DNA from: Squalus acanthias
Lineage: Eukaryota
DNA: 64,000 nt
Direction of reading: 5' to 3'
Assembly: GCA_030390025.1 (NCBI GenBank)
Contig: CM059433.1
Coordinates: forward strand, 23,190,001-23,254,000
A program made the position numbers and the translations under genes. This document shows positions 1 through 12,885 of this stretch, one piece after another. The notes beneath the pieces were generated by a model. The model worked only from the letters and a program-made list of their open reading frames with translations, had not been told where the DNA came from and made no database searches. Numbering within the stretch: the stretch's first letter is position 1; each line of letters opens with the position of its first letter.

Positions 1-55
1 ACAATATAGAATCATTGCTGTATTGCTACAGTACAACTCTGGAAACATTATAAAT

Positions 56-143
56 AGCTGAAGTGCTCTTGCAGAGAGCTGGCACGGGCTCAACGGGCCA
101 AATGGCCTCCTTCTGTGCTGTAACCATTCTATGATTCTATGAA
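56..143 (+). mobile_element. CR1 LINE 3' tail fragment
   Basis: gggccaaatggcctccttctgtgctgtaaccattctatgattctatga: CR1 3' stem-loop plus (attctatg)n repeat; near-identical to 43960-44046. Confidence 0.85.
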
Positions 144-646
144 AAATGAACCAGTGCACCTCATGGTTTAACTGTTACTTACACCTGGTTATCGTTTAAT
201 CAGTATTAAAGGAATTATGCTCATTCTTCACAGTTGGAAAGTGATAGATGATTCTAATTGCCATTTCAGACAATATCCCGAAGATACAGCTCCAAGAATT
301 AATTTCTTAACTCAATGGTATTTATCTGTGGTGTAGCAACAACTTTAAATTAGATGAGGAAGTTTCCTCAGAGAAAAGAATAATGACACTGCTAAAGGAT
401 TTATCCTTATTGCACATAAACTGACACATTGTGATTCAGTTCTCTTTATATCTTACTAAGCAAAGCAACTGATGTTTGAAACTCCATCTTTTCTTTACGG
501 TTTCCTTCACTAATGATGGGGTTTGTTTGATGGTTTCAGCTCTGTGGTGCCTCACTTGAGTGCCCATTCTCCATAAGGGAGCTTGAACAGTGATTGTTGG
601 TGGGCTGACAGTGAAGGACATCACAGTTGAGCCCGATTCTCTCCTT

Positions 647-1022
647 AGAAAGAACTTTTATTTATATGGCGCCTTTCACAACCTCAGGATGTCCCAAAGC
701 ACTTTTGCAGTCAATGAAGTACTTTTGAAGTGTAGTCACTGCTTTAATGTAGGAAACGGGGCAGCCAATTTGCGCACAGCAAGCTCCCACAAACAGCAAT
801 ATGATAATGATATGTTTTAGTGATGTTGGTTGAGGGATAAAAAAATTAGCCAGGACATCGGGAGAACTCAACTGCTCTTTGAATAATGCCATAGGGTCTT
901 TTACCAGAGGGCAAACTCGTTTTAATGTCTCAACCGAAAGACGCACCTCCAACACTCCCTCAGTACTGCACTGGAGTGTCAGCCTACATTTTATGCTCAA
1001 GTCCCTGGAGTGGACTTGAACC
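647..1022 (-). mobile_element. SacSINE1-like Deu-domain tRNA SINE, head truncated
   Basis: Reverse complement matches the copies at 14432-14800 and 58569-59063 (cagtactgagggagtg...attggctgccccgtttcctacatt...aaaggcgccatataaat). Confidence 0.85.
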
Positions 1023-1037
1023 TAGACTGCCACTTTC

Positions 1038-1140
1038 CATAGAATCTTACAGCACAGAAGGAAGCCATTCGGCCCATCGTGCCTGTGCCGGCTCTTTAAT
1101 AAAAGTGTTGTCCAATTTAGTCCCCTGCTCTTTCCCCATA
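1038..1140 (-). mobile_element. CR1 3' tail fragment
   Basis: catagaatcttacagcacagaaggaagccattcggcccatcg is the reverse complement of the CR1 tail. Confidence 0.75.
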
Positions 1141-1409
1141 GCCAATAGACAATGAATAGAAGCAGGAGTCCTGGACGATCTTTCACCCTTACTTAGCTCC
1201 CCTATTGACACCCTAGTTGAGATTAGCCAAGTTGGTACAGGTAAGAGCATTAACTTGCAACATTCCTGGTTTCTAAACTCACTCCCACAATAGAGTGACT
1301 CTGCCTCTGACTTTGCTGACTCTGCCATTGGGATCACTTATCAACCCACTTTTTACGGTGGAATACGTGCAATTTTTTTTTAATAGTAGGTATCCCAGAA
1401 GCAGGAAAA

Positions 1410-1581
1410 GGGTTGTAGTTTTAATCTAACCCACCCAGCGGGAAACTGTCACCATCGGATTGGCCACCTGTTTGACACCCCGCCCGATTTAACTCTCCAT
1501 CCAAGTCAGTGTAAAGTGAAATCGGGCGAGGTGTAAAATGGGTGGATGATCCCGTAGGTGGGTTAGGTTAAAATTATCCCC
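1410..1581. mobile_element. Small palindromic MITE
   Basis: Ends ttttaatctaacccacc / ggtgggttaggttaaaat and inner cgcccgattt / aaatcgggcg are inverted repeats. Confidence 0.65.
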
Positions 1582-3189
1582 ATAGTTTATGAATATATCT
1601 GAACCTTACAATTGGACCATTAACTCTCCTGTTATATTATTTGATGTATTATGCAGAAGTAGTCAGTGAGTAGAATGCCTTGACATTATATAAATTGGTT
1701 GCTACATAAGGTAACATGAAAGTGGCAAACTTATTTGGGATAATTTTGTACGGCAAGGATCCCAGCGCCAAGCCCCCCTACAGTGGATGTGGGTCCGGAA
1801 ATTGGGGCTGCAATGCGTTAATCGTATCTCCACTACTGCGCTTGCTGTTAGCAAAGCTCTGTGCTGGATCCCTATTACGTTGTGCCAATTGGCAAATATA
1901 AATGTGCTCAGACTTTGTTTTCTCTCTTCCTGATGATGATTAAATACATTTAACTCAAAAATCACCAAAGCACTGCGGACTAATCTTAATACGAGTTAGA
2001 GCCACGGATCTAGATTTGTCCTAATAAGAAACAGTTGCAAAGTGAAGTCCCACTTTTACAAAATCAACGCAGAAGAGAATTTTTCTATTAAAAGATTTGC
2101 TGTGGCAGGGTATCTAATGGCATCTGCCATTAGTTAGACTTGCCCCTGCACACTTAGGTTTTTTAATTTTCTGCGTGGCAAGTTGCTGAAAGTACAAGGT
2201 GAAAACAGTGCAGCAAAGGAAACAGGGCATCTGGGACCTGAGTGAACAGGGCAAGCTTAAGAGAGAGAGAAAAAAGAAACAGAAGGAAAAAGTAAAAATA
2301 AAACTTTTGATTTCAAATTTAAAAAAAATCTCCAACAACAATTAATACCTGAAGGAATGAGACTCCATACTTGTAATAGCTAATTTTCAATGCCAGAGAG
2401 GTTAAATGGCAGTAATTAACACTTATCACATCATTAAAAGCATACATAGACTTGAAATGACTTGATTTAACTTTCTGTGGTGAGTTTACTTCATATCTAC
2501 CGTGCAAGTACAGGAACTTCACACTGCATCTGAACTGGGTGTCAGACAGCAAGATGCCTTTTTCACAAAGCTAATGGCGGAGTGGCGCACCTCCAAGAGC
2601 AACTTCTCGATTTCCACATTTAATTGGGTATCTGCCCTCGCCTGAAGTTGCTGTGACATTTGCACCTAAATAATGGCGAGCGCTATTACCCTCACCTTAT
2701 TTTGACAGCCATTATAAAACGTGTTGTAATTATTGGGAGTTAAAGCCTCCGGACCAATAATCAGAGTATAACTCCCAGAATGCTCTGCAGACTTGAATCT
2801 GGTTTGAAGAGGGTTGTGCGACATTAAACTTTTCAGATAAAATTATTGTATTTTTAAATATATAAGGCTATCAATTTTTTTAATCTATTAATATATTAAG
2901 AATCTTAGGTTTGCGCACACATTCTCTCAACTGTTTCCATTCTAAATTCCTACATCCATATTTATAATGGAAACTACTTATATAACCTTATCATGCTGTA
3001 ACTACACTCATCCTCAAGTTGACATAAAAAAATAATAATTTGTGCTAAAATCATTAAACTTGCTGAACAAATTAGTAATTTACTCTGAGAAGTCCCTGCT
3101 AGATGTTGCCCTCTAAATAAGCCTGGAACTTGTGTTCGGTTTCAGCCCCAGAGTTCACTTGAGCCTTAGGTTCTGGGAACCTCCTAACT

Positions 3190-4950
3190 CATAGTAACAT
3201 TAGGAACAGGAAGAGGCCATTCTGCCCCTCAAGCCTGCTCCACCATACAATTAGATCATGGCTAATCTGTACCTCAACTCCATTTACCTGCTTTTGCTCC
3301 ATATCGCTTGATACCCTTAACTAACAGAAACCTATTGATTGCAGTCTTGAAAGCTCCAATTGACCCAGCATCCATTGCCTTTTGGGAGAAAATTCCAGAT
3401 TTCTACTAACCTTTGTATAATTAAGCGCTTCCTAATTTTGCTCCTGAATGGCTTCGCTCTAATTTTAAGATTTTGCCCCTTTGTTCTTCTTTCCCCCACC
3501 AGAGAAAATAGTTTCTCTGTATCTACCCTATCAAATCCTTTTAACATGTTAAATACCTTTATCAGATCAACCATCAATCTTCTATACTCAAGGGAATACA
3601 ACCCAAGTTTATGCAACCTGTCCTCATAATTTAACCCTGTACACCCAGTGTCTCTCTCCCACCCTTCTTAAATAATAGAGACATTATCAAATTTCCAATC
3701 TAACCGCACAATTCCAGAATGAAGAGAGCTTTGAAAGATCATGACTAACGCTTCTGTATTTTCCTCATTTACTTCTTTTAAATCCCTGTGGTGGAAACCA
3801 TCATGTCCTGGAGATATATCTATCCTAAGTCCCATTATATTCTTCATTGCCATTTCTTATACTTATATTGAATCCAATATGTTCCTTCCCTTGATTTATT
3901 TTTAGATTCTCTTCTATCACTGGCATATTATCCTTTTCCTTTACTATGAAATCGGATAAAAAGTACTTGTTTAATTAATCTGCCATTTTGTTGTTGATAT
4001 TACAGTACCATCTGTGTCTGTCTTTACATCTCCCACATCTCCCTTAGTCACACTCCTACTCTTAATATAAATTATTAAAACTTTTTCTATTAGCCTTAAT
4101 AGAACTTGCAATTTTTTCCATATTCCCTTTTTGCAGCTCTTAATATTTTTTGTGTCCTTTTCTTACTTTCTATATTTCATTTATTCTGCTGGATTAGCAC
4201 TTTTCTTGACATTTGTGTAAGCCACTTCCTTTAGTTTTATACTGCATCTTACCTCATATGTTGACCATGGCTGATTGACCGTACAAGTAGGTCATTTGCT
4301 CTTCAGGCGTATGTATAGGTCTTGTATTGTACTAACGAACTGAGTATTGACATCGCTGCATCAGTCAATGAGCTTGGGGTGGGGTGAGACTTACGGCACA
4401 CAGTGTCTATTTAAATAGTCTTTACAAACAACAGCAAACAGAACTCATGACCGAAACTACAGCAGAGCCTCCCAATAAAAGCAGGGTTATTTCTCCAGAT
4501 AAATGCAGTGAGTGGAGGTTAGTTACATAATACAAACTATGTTTGTAAAATCAATCCCAGTCACTTACAACAGTGCAGTCTCTAGGCGTGATTGATGGGG
4601 TATTACCCAATCATCTCCAAACTGGCCGAGACTTGTGGTGTCACTTTAAGCACCCTAATACTAAATACTTCTTCGAATTCTTCCCACTGTTTTTCTGTAG
4701 GTTTATCTGTTAATAGCTTAGCCCAATTTAATATGTTCAGGTTATGTCTCATTCTTAGTTAAGCCTTACTTAGGTTTACAATCTTGGTATGTGTGTGATC
4801 TTTTTATTTCTCAAAATTAATGTCAAATTCTATCATGTTATGGTCACTGTTTGTAAGATGCTCCTTTATTGTCAGATTACTAATAAATTCTAGATCATTA
4901 CTTATTACTGAATCTGGTATGGCCTGTTCCCTTGTCAGTTCCAGAACATA
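3190..4950 (-). mobile_element. Old degenerate CR1 LINE (3' tail, RT C-terminus, endonuclease remnants); resumes near 6360-6530 after an insertion
   Basis: ORFs 3332-3616 (LGLYSLEYRRL..DLIKVF..KGFDRVD), 3668-3853 (SPGHDGFH..LKEV) and 4804-5046 (HLTNSDHNMIEF) are CR1 ORF2 motifs; tail at 3190-3290. Confidence 0.8.
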
Positions 4951-4951
4951 T

Positions 4952-6360
4952 GGGGCCAGAAATTGCTGCAATGGCAGGTTTGGCAGCGAACAACGTGAAT
5001 TGGACTTTTTGCTCACCATTGACATCACACTATATTTGTGCCACAAATTGCTGGAACGTCGATCCCATAATGATGCAGTGATGTCAAGGTTGCATCTGGG
5101 ACCATGTGAACATCATGCTCAATGGTCTATTTCCTTAATCAATGAAAGAAAAGCATAGAGAAAGAAACAGAGCGAATAACAAAGAAAATTAGGGTGAATT
5201 AGAGTCAAACAAAATAGAGAGAGACAGAAAGAGGAATAAAGAGAGGGAAAGAAAAAGATTGTATTAAGAGAGAGAGAGAAAGAAAGAGATAGTAAGAAAA
5301 GTAAGAAAAAAATATATAAAAAGAACAAGCAGAAGAAGAGAGCATTGTAACCCAGTTGTGTTTGGGAATTGTTGTATTGATCCTTGAGACATTAATGAGT
5401 GAATGGCAGGGTAGGTCTGTGAAATATACGAACATTCTTGACCCATGAAGTATCGAATTAGTGGTCCCTCTATCATGATCAATACCAATGGAATTACTTT
5501 AATAGGAACATAAGAATTGCTAGATGAAAAAAGACCATGGTCCATCTAGTTTGCCATCTACCATCCTGGTAGTCGCATGGTACAATGATAAAGGAGTTGT
5601 TGACTAATCATAGCAATCAATCTCTATCAATTTTTAGTCTACAACAGACCAAGAAATGACACGAGGAAAACTCAATGGTGGAAACCTTTGGGAACCATAT
5701 TTCCAAAGTCACCTTTTTTGTCCCAAGCATGCTACACTTTCCACATATCTTGTCTCAAATTACTCATATACTGTATCCCAAAATCTTATTTTCTGAAAGA
5801 AATCTCTCTTATTAGCATTTGAATGAGTGGCCTTCTTTTGAGTGTGAAACAGCTTTGTGTCTTGAAAATGATTGCCTTCTGACACTAACAGGAGTGTGGG
5901 TGGCAAGACAGGCACAAAAATACTGCCAAGACAGATAAAAAACAATAAAAAAAACCTCTAGGAACAATCCTCTACCTCTTGGAATGAGACTCCACAGCGC
6001 CATTGATCACTAATGGGCCTGCAAGGTTGAGTGTCATGTCAGGACCATGAATCACGTCATTACCAAGATCCTCTACGACATTGATTACCAGCCCTAAATG
6101 GCTGCGGCGGAAATAAGTCGTAATGATGTTGTAAATCTAGCAATTTCACCATTGCTATTAAGTTCAATGGGGAGCCTCACGTCAAGAACAAACTTTTATC
6201 AGCTTTGGCGAGGTTAACGGCGGAGCAGCGCAAGTCGTCTGGCAATTTGCAGTGACTCGCAACACGTGGCGAATCTCTTTCACTCCGCAAATTGCTGGAT
6301 TTGTTTTACGAATTAATGATGGCGTGCGGCGTTCATGCCTCATTCTAATGGCGAAATTCT
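4952..6360. mobile_element. Non-autonomous Harbinger-type element interrupting CR1, with an internal purine-rich tract
   Basis: Starts ggggccagaaatt (terminus type shared across the window) inside CR1 coding sequence; right end degenerate; 6220-6345 resembles 2570-2700. Confidence 0.5.
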
Positions 6361-6611
6361 CTTCTGATCAAAATTTCAGAACATTGTCCTGGATACATTC
6401 TAGAAATTAATTTCCTTTACGACTTGAGCTGCTTGGCATCTGGGAATTTTAAACTATCCCATTTGTTACATGTTAGCCTTTGCTACATGCTTCTCTCAGC
6501 TCTGTATCTATGCACCCTGTTACTGCATCACTGCTGTCAGGAGCTTGAAGATAACTCCCACCAGAGACATGCACCTTTTGCTGTTTCTTAATTCTATCCA
6601 GAGTGTTTTCA

Positions 6612-8181
6612 CTGCCTGCTCACCCTTACTGATACCCTGCTCACCCTTACTGATACCCTGCTCACCCTTACTGATACCCTGCTCACCCTTACTGATACCC
6701 TGCTCACTCTTACTGATACCCTGCTCACCCTTACTGGTATCCTGCTCACCCTTACTGATACCCTGCTCACCCTTACTGATACCCTGCTCACCCTTACTGA
6801 TACCCTGCTCACCCTTACTGATACCCTGCTCACCCTTACTGATACCTGCTCACCCTTACTGATACCCTGCTCACTCTTACTGGTATCCTGCTCACCCTTA
6901 CTGATATCCTGCTCACCCTTACTGATACCCTGCTCACTCTTACTGGAATCCTGCTCAGCCTTACTGATACCCTGCTCACCCTTACTGTTATCCTGCTCAC
7001 TCTTACTGGTATCCTGCTCACTCTTACTGGTATCCTGCTCACCCTTACTGATACCCTGCTCACCCTTACTGTTATCCTGCTCACTCTTACTGTTATCCTA
7101 CTCACCCTTACTGATACCCTGCTCACCCTTACTGATATCCTGCTCACCCTTACTGATACCCTGCTCACCATTACTGATATCCTGCTCACCCTTACTGATA
7201 CCCTGCTCACCATTACTGATACCCTGCTCACCCTTACTGATATCCTGCTCACCCTTATTGATACCCTGCTCACCATTACTGATACCCTGCTCACCCTTAC
7301 TGATACCCTGCTCACCCTTACTGGTATCCTGCTCACCCTTACTGATACCCTGCTCACCCTTACTGGTATCCTGCTCACTCTTACTGTTATCCTACTCACC
7401 CTTACTGATACCCTGCTCACCCTTACTGATACCCTGCTCACCCTTACTGGTATCCTGCTCACCCTTACTGATACCCTGCTCACCCTTACTGACATCCTGC
7501 TCACTCTTACTGATACCCTGCTCACTCTTACTGATACCCTGCTCACTCTTACTGATACCCTGCTCACTCTTACTGATACCCTGCTCACCCTTACTGATAC
7601 CCTGCTCACTCTTACTGATACCCTGCTCACTCTTACTGGTACCCTGCTCACTCTTACTGATACTCTGCTCATCTTACTGATACCCTGCTCACTCTTACTG
7701 ATACCCTGCTCACCCTTACTGATACCCTGCTCACTCTTACTGATACCCTGCTCACCCTTACTGATACCCTGCTCACCCTTACTGATACCCTGCTCACCCT
7801 TACTGATATCCTGCTCACCCTTACTGGTATCCTGCTCACTCTTACTGATACCCTGCTCACCCTTACTGATACCCTGCTCACTCTTACTGATACCCTGCTC
7901 ACTCTTACTGGTACCCTGCTCACTCTTACTGATACTCTGCTCATCTTACTGATACCCTGCTCACTCTTACTGATACCCTGCTCACCCTTACTGATACCCT
8001 GCTCACTCTTACTGATACCCTGCTCACCCTTACTGATACCCTGCTCACCCTTACTGATACCCTGCTCACCCTTACTGATATCCTGCTCACCCTTACTGGT
8101 ATCCTGCTCACCCTTACTGATACCCTGCTCACCCCTACTGGTATCCTGCTCACCCTTTCTGATACCCTGCTCACTCTTACT
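6612..8181. repeat. 21-bp minisatellite, unit ccctgctcacccttactgata, about 75 copies
   Basis: Directly visible head-to-tail array with variant units (cactctt, ggtatcc, gttatcc, gatatcc) and no unique spacers. Confidence 0.98.
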
Positions 8182-8473
8182 GCGCCTGTAGACAAAATCA
8201 GTACATGTGTGAGGGAGACACAGAAAAAAGTCTTTCCCGCACAAGCCTCAGGTGAAGATTGTAATTGGGCACCGATGACATCATTGGAGCCCAACCTGCA
8301 TATTTAAAGCCGGACCCTGATGTCTTCCAGCTGGTGTCCTGTTCACCTGCTAAAAAGAGCAAGTTAATATCGGGACCCACGTGAAGGCAGCAGGATCAGA
8401 GGGGGCAAGTCATATGGGGTATTTTACATTTTGGTAGGAAGAATAAGGAGGTCACATGCTGCTTGGATAATAA

Positions 8474-9264
8474 GGCCTAGAGATTCGGGTGGTTTGCACC
8501 ACCCGTTAGCACCATGAAATGGCGAAATAATGGCAGCCGGCGCTCTTCTGCCAGCTGGTGGCGGGCACCGCGGCGGCCGCCATTTTTGGCAGGTTGTCAG
8601 CACTGCCGTTTACTGATGAGGTGGAGCGTGACGTCAATCGGCATGCCGAGTTGACACCAGCTCATCCATTTTGGAGTTCTCCGCTCACAGGCCTTTCAGC
8701 AGCATTATCGGCCATGAGGAGCCTGGCAGGACTTATGGGGATGGAACCCAGAACTTCAAACATCTCCTTTGCCAAGGTTCTTCTTTTAAACTTTGATTTT
8801 TTTGCTCATCGGTGGTGGGGGGGGTTGCATTTTCTGGCAGCTTTCCGGGACTCCTACAGTGTTTGTGGGTCAGTAAATCAATGGGTGAACTCCATTGCAA
8901 TGATTGAACATGATCAGTGATAAAAACTCTTATCTGCATTCATGTCATAAACAAACAACAACAAAAAAAAATTGATAAACATCGGGTGGCAGCTAATATT
9001 TAGGATCACGTACGGCGACTGTTTGGGTCGCTCCTTTCTTCCCCGTTCCCCTACACTGCGAGCGGGTGACCGAGGCAACCTTTGGCCTCCTTCCTCCTTC
9101 CGAGCTGCAAAGAGCGCATTGCACTAGCAAATCAACGCCCTGCTGCTGATAATGAGCAGGCAGTACCATAATGCCGTACTGCCTGCGCTCTCTCGGCCGG
9201 CGGCCGTTATCCTTAGTCACCAATGTTAGCGGCAGGTTTCCAGCGTTCTCCAATTTCTAGGCCC
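8474..9264. mobile_element. Harbinger-type MITE
   Basis: TIR ggcctagagatt / aatttctaggcc; GC-rich subterminal motifs; interrupts CR1 ORF2. Confidence 0.8.
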
Positions 9265-9291
9265 AAGAGTCTAAATGGGGTAGAGGAGCAA

Positions 9292-9874
9292 AGGACTAGA
9301 AATTGGGTTGTTTTGCGCCCCTCTAACGCTCCGCTGTACTGGCGATGATGGTGTCATCGCCGTGCGCAGCGCCCCGGCCGCAAACTTCCCTTGCGCCCCC
9401 TGACCTATCGCCGGGCGATGGGACCGACAGGATCAGGGGGTGGTTTTGCAGCGGCGGTAGCGTGCGGCGGCGCTACTTAAAGGGCAGGTGTCGGGCGGCC
9501 ATTTTTATTTTGGCTGACTGCCAGCACCTGCCCACCTTTAACATTTCTATGCGGGGTGCCAGTCGCGATCGCTCAGCCTGGCACTGCTCTTGAGTGCAGG
9601 GCTGTTTCCACAGCACCCTGCTCCCCGGCGGTTCAGCAGGGCCCTGGTGCGCGCAGCCCTTCAATCAGGAGAGGAGGCCTGCTGTGACGTGACGCTATGT
9701 GCCGATGCGTGTGGTGCGGCTGCACGTAGCATCGTGACATTGAGTAGTAGCGCCCCAAGAAGGAGATGGAGCACTTCCAGTAACGTTCCTCCTCCTTCTT
9801 GGGGTGCTACTACTGAATTTACAGGGGAGGGGCGCTACCTTTTTCTGGGCGAGGTTTTTCCCAATTTTTTCCCC
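9292..9874. mobile_element. Harbinger-type MITE
   Basis: Ends aggactagaaattggg / cccaattttttcccc; interrupts the same CR1 ORF2 about 27 bp downstream of the previous MITE. Confidence 0.75.
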
Positions 9875-11069
9875 AAAGGATCTAGGGGCACGAATACACA
9901 AATCACTAAAAGTAGCAAGGCAAGTTAATAAGGCCATTAATAAAGCAAACAAAGCACTGGGGTTAGTTTCCAGAGGGATAGAATTGAAAAGCAGGGAAGT
10001 TATGTTAAACTTGTATCGAACCTTGGTTAGACCACACTTGGAGTACTGTGCACAGTTTGGGTCTGCATACTTCAAAAAGGTAATCGGGGCTCTGGAGAAG
10101 GTGCAAAAAAGATTTACAAGGATGATACCAGAACTGAGAGGTGCTAACCATCAGGAAAGGCTGAACAGGCTGGGGCTCTTTTCCCTAGAAAGAGAAGGCT
10201 GAGGGGTGACCTATCGAGGTCTTTAAAATTATGAAGCAGTTTGATAGGGTAGACGTAGAGATATTTCCATTTGCGGGGAAGACTAGAACTAGGGTCCATA
10301 AATATAAGATAGTCACTAATAAATCTAATAGGAAATTAAGGAGAAACTTCTTTACCGAAAGAGTGATAAGAATGTGGAACTCGCTACCACACGTTGAGGT
10401 GAATAGCATATAGGCATTTAAGGGGAAGCTGGATAAGCTCATGAGGGGGAAAGGAATAGAAAAATATTCCGATAGGGTTAGATGGAAAGGAGTGGGAGGA
10501 GGCTCATGTGGAGCATAAACACCAGCATGGACCTGTTTGGACGAATGGTCTTTCTGTGCTATAGCATCTATGTAATTCTCTCATTTTAACTGGCCGCCCA
10601 CTTGGTTTCTCTACAATTTAAATTTCAAAATAAAAACCCTGAGCTAATAGAATTGTCTGGGTTGAGAAGTTTTTCTGTCGTTAAAGGACTGATATTTCTG
10701 CTGTAGCCAGAGGAGATGTTTCTGGGATGCTCTGGTGCCGAGTTTGACCAGTGCAACTGGTGTCAGACATTCAGCCGGGCCAACACTCTGGCAAGTGACC
10801 ACCTGTTTAGGTGTTGGTCATTTAGACTTAGCAGTGGGGAAACCCCAGTCAATGGAAAAGAAAATCGGGCGCCATGCAACGTTCCCTGTAAGCTGCGTGG
10901 CCGCACAGAGCTCCAGGGATCCTGCACAGCCGGCTTGCCGGCTCTTCAATGCAAAACGCGTGCACGCACGGTATTTTGAATGGCCCACCCAGCCTCTTGG
11001 TGCCGCATGGCACCAAAAAAATTACAGGGAACATTGGCACAGTGTGAAACGGTTGCCGATTCCCGATCA

Positions 11070-11355
11070 CTCTACAAGGTACAGGTCAGGAGTGCGATGG
11101 AATACTCACCACATTCCTGGATCTGTGCAGCTCTAACAACACTCATCAAGAAGCTCAACACCATCCAGGACAAAGCAGTCCGCTTGATCGGCACCTCATG
11201 CATAAGTCTAAATGTCCCACCCCCCAGCCCCCACTGCCCATCTACCATAGAGATACCCTGGCTACAATGTGTGCACCTATAGATGCATTGCAACAACTCG
11301 CCAAGGTTTCATTGGCAGCAATTCCCAAACCCGCGACCTCCACCACCTAGAAGTA
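11070..11355 (+). mobile_element. Zenon/T1-like CR1-group LINE fragment
   Basis: YKVQVRSAMEYSPHSW..AL..L..KLNTIQDKAVRLIG in ORF 10980-11282; same family as 12405-12885. Confidence 0.75.
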
Positions 11356-12300
11356 CATTCATAGCTAGTGTTGCATAGTTCTAAAAGAACAGGCGACATA
11401 AAAATTCTGAAGTAAATATGAATTAGATTATTGTGATTGTATAATACTGAAAGCAGACATAAGCAACACACTGAATGAGTGAACTAGCAAAATATTTTGT
11501 AAAGAATTAAACACACGAGACATAATTCACAGCACATGGCAAAGGAACAGGTGGTATAAAGTAAGACGCTCTTGGGGAAAACTATATTCAAAAGCTAACA
11601 ATAATGTTAAAATCCACACAGAACCAATGGGTGTCACGAGTGTATTAAACTTAATGGGAAGTGCGGAACCATTAATAAAGGAAGCATATTAGTTTGTTTA
11701 CAAGTGTGATGAGGCAGAAATATCCATCAACCGCAACAAAACAACCATTATAAATAAAGGTATGCATAGAATCATAGAATAAAACTACATTTAATCAAAG
11801 AACATTGACATATTCTATCCATTATTTATATCATTAATATACTTCACATTAAAGAATAATGCCCATTAAGTATTTATTATTGACAGAAGTGCAGCTTTTG
11901 TGACGTCAAAGCTAGGAACTGAGGGGCTGAAATCCCTCATTTTGTGAAAAATCAGAAAAATAATTGGTTGTATTAATTGAAATTGACAGACTGCTAACAA
12001 AATTGCAGAAGCACAACAAATTTAAAGGTGCCATTCCTGACAAAGGAATTTAGTTAACGGTAATAAAAAAATCAGCCTATCACCATGCACCTACACTAAT
12101 AATCCTTTTCATGGCTTTCAAGTAGTCACGAGTCACTGAACTGAGACAAATAACAAAGAGTTCCTCCACTCAATTTTAATACATAAAATCACAAGTCACT
12201 GCATGTGCTCAGGACAGCAGCGACAGTCTTTGTTTCCCATTCAACAATTGTTCGTGGGAGATCACAGATAATTATGTTAATTTCTGAGAATGGCAGGATG

Positions 12301-12392
12301 TCTTTTTTTTTAATTTGATCTTAGGATGTGGGTGACCCACCATTAGGAGCCAACCTCATCGTGTGGGACTGAGGCCACATGGAGGCTAGACT
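12301..12392 (-). mobile_element. Degenerate fragment of the SINE family at 50800-51240
   Basis: ttaggagccaacctcatcgtgtgggactgaggccacatggaggctagactc resembles the reverse complement of 50990-51042. Confidence 0.55.
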
Positions 12393-12404
12393 CAGAGCAA
12401 CCGA

Positions 12405-12885
12405 GTTGACACTCAAGAAGCTCGACACCATCCAGGACAAAACAGCCCACTTGATTGGCACCCCATCCACCACCTTAAATATTCACTCCCTCCACCACCA
12501 GCGTACCGTGGCTGCAGTGTGTACCATCTACAAGATGCACTGCAGCAACTCGCCAAGGCTTCTTTGGCAGCACCTCCCAAACCCGCGACATCTTCCACCT
12601 AGAAGGACAAGGGCAGCAGACGCATGGGAACACCACCACCTCCAAGTTCCCCTCCAAGTCACACATCATCCTGACTTAGAAGTATATCGCCAATCCTTCA
12701 TCGTCGCTGGGTCAAAATCCTGGAACTCCCTCCCTAACAGCACTGTGGGAGTACCTTCACCATACGAACTGCAGCGGTTCAAGGCGGCGGCTCACCACCA
12801 CCTTCTCAAGGGCAACTAGGGATGGGCAATAAATGCTGGCCTTGCCAACGGCGCCCACATCCCATAAAAACTAATTTAAAAAAAC
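12405..12885 (+). mobile_element. Zenon/T1-like CR1-group LINE 3' end
   Basis: ORF LKKLDTIQDKTAHLIG..SFIVAGSKSWNSLPNS..FKAAAHHHLLKGN*, then gggatgggcaataaatgctggcc..cccacatccc and an A-rich tail. Confidence 0.85.

Larger units (their letters stand above)
8410..10575 (+). mobile_element. CR1 LINE 3' portion split by two MITEs
   Basis: Joining 8410-8473, 9265-9291 and 9875 onward gives HFGRKNKE..LDNKSLNGVEEQ(R)DLGARIHKSLKV..LYRTLVRPHLEYCAQF..; tail near 10530-10575. Confidence 0.88.

Noticed and set aside
5119..5545. Hydrophobic F/L/S-rich ORFs resembling membrane proteins
   Set aside because: Reverse translation of an (A/G)-rich low-complexity tract
6470..8294. Long ORFs (SRVSVRV, CSPLLIP and SKGEQGI repeats) and a CRISPR-like appearance
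   Set aside because: These are translations of a stop-poor 21-bp minisatellite; there are no unique spacers and no cas genes
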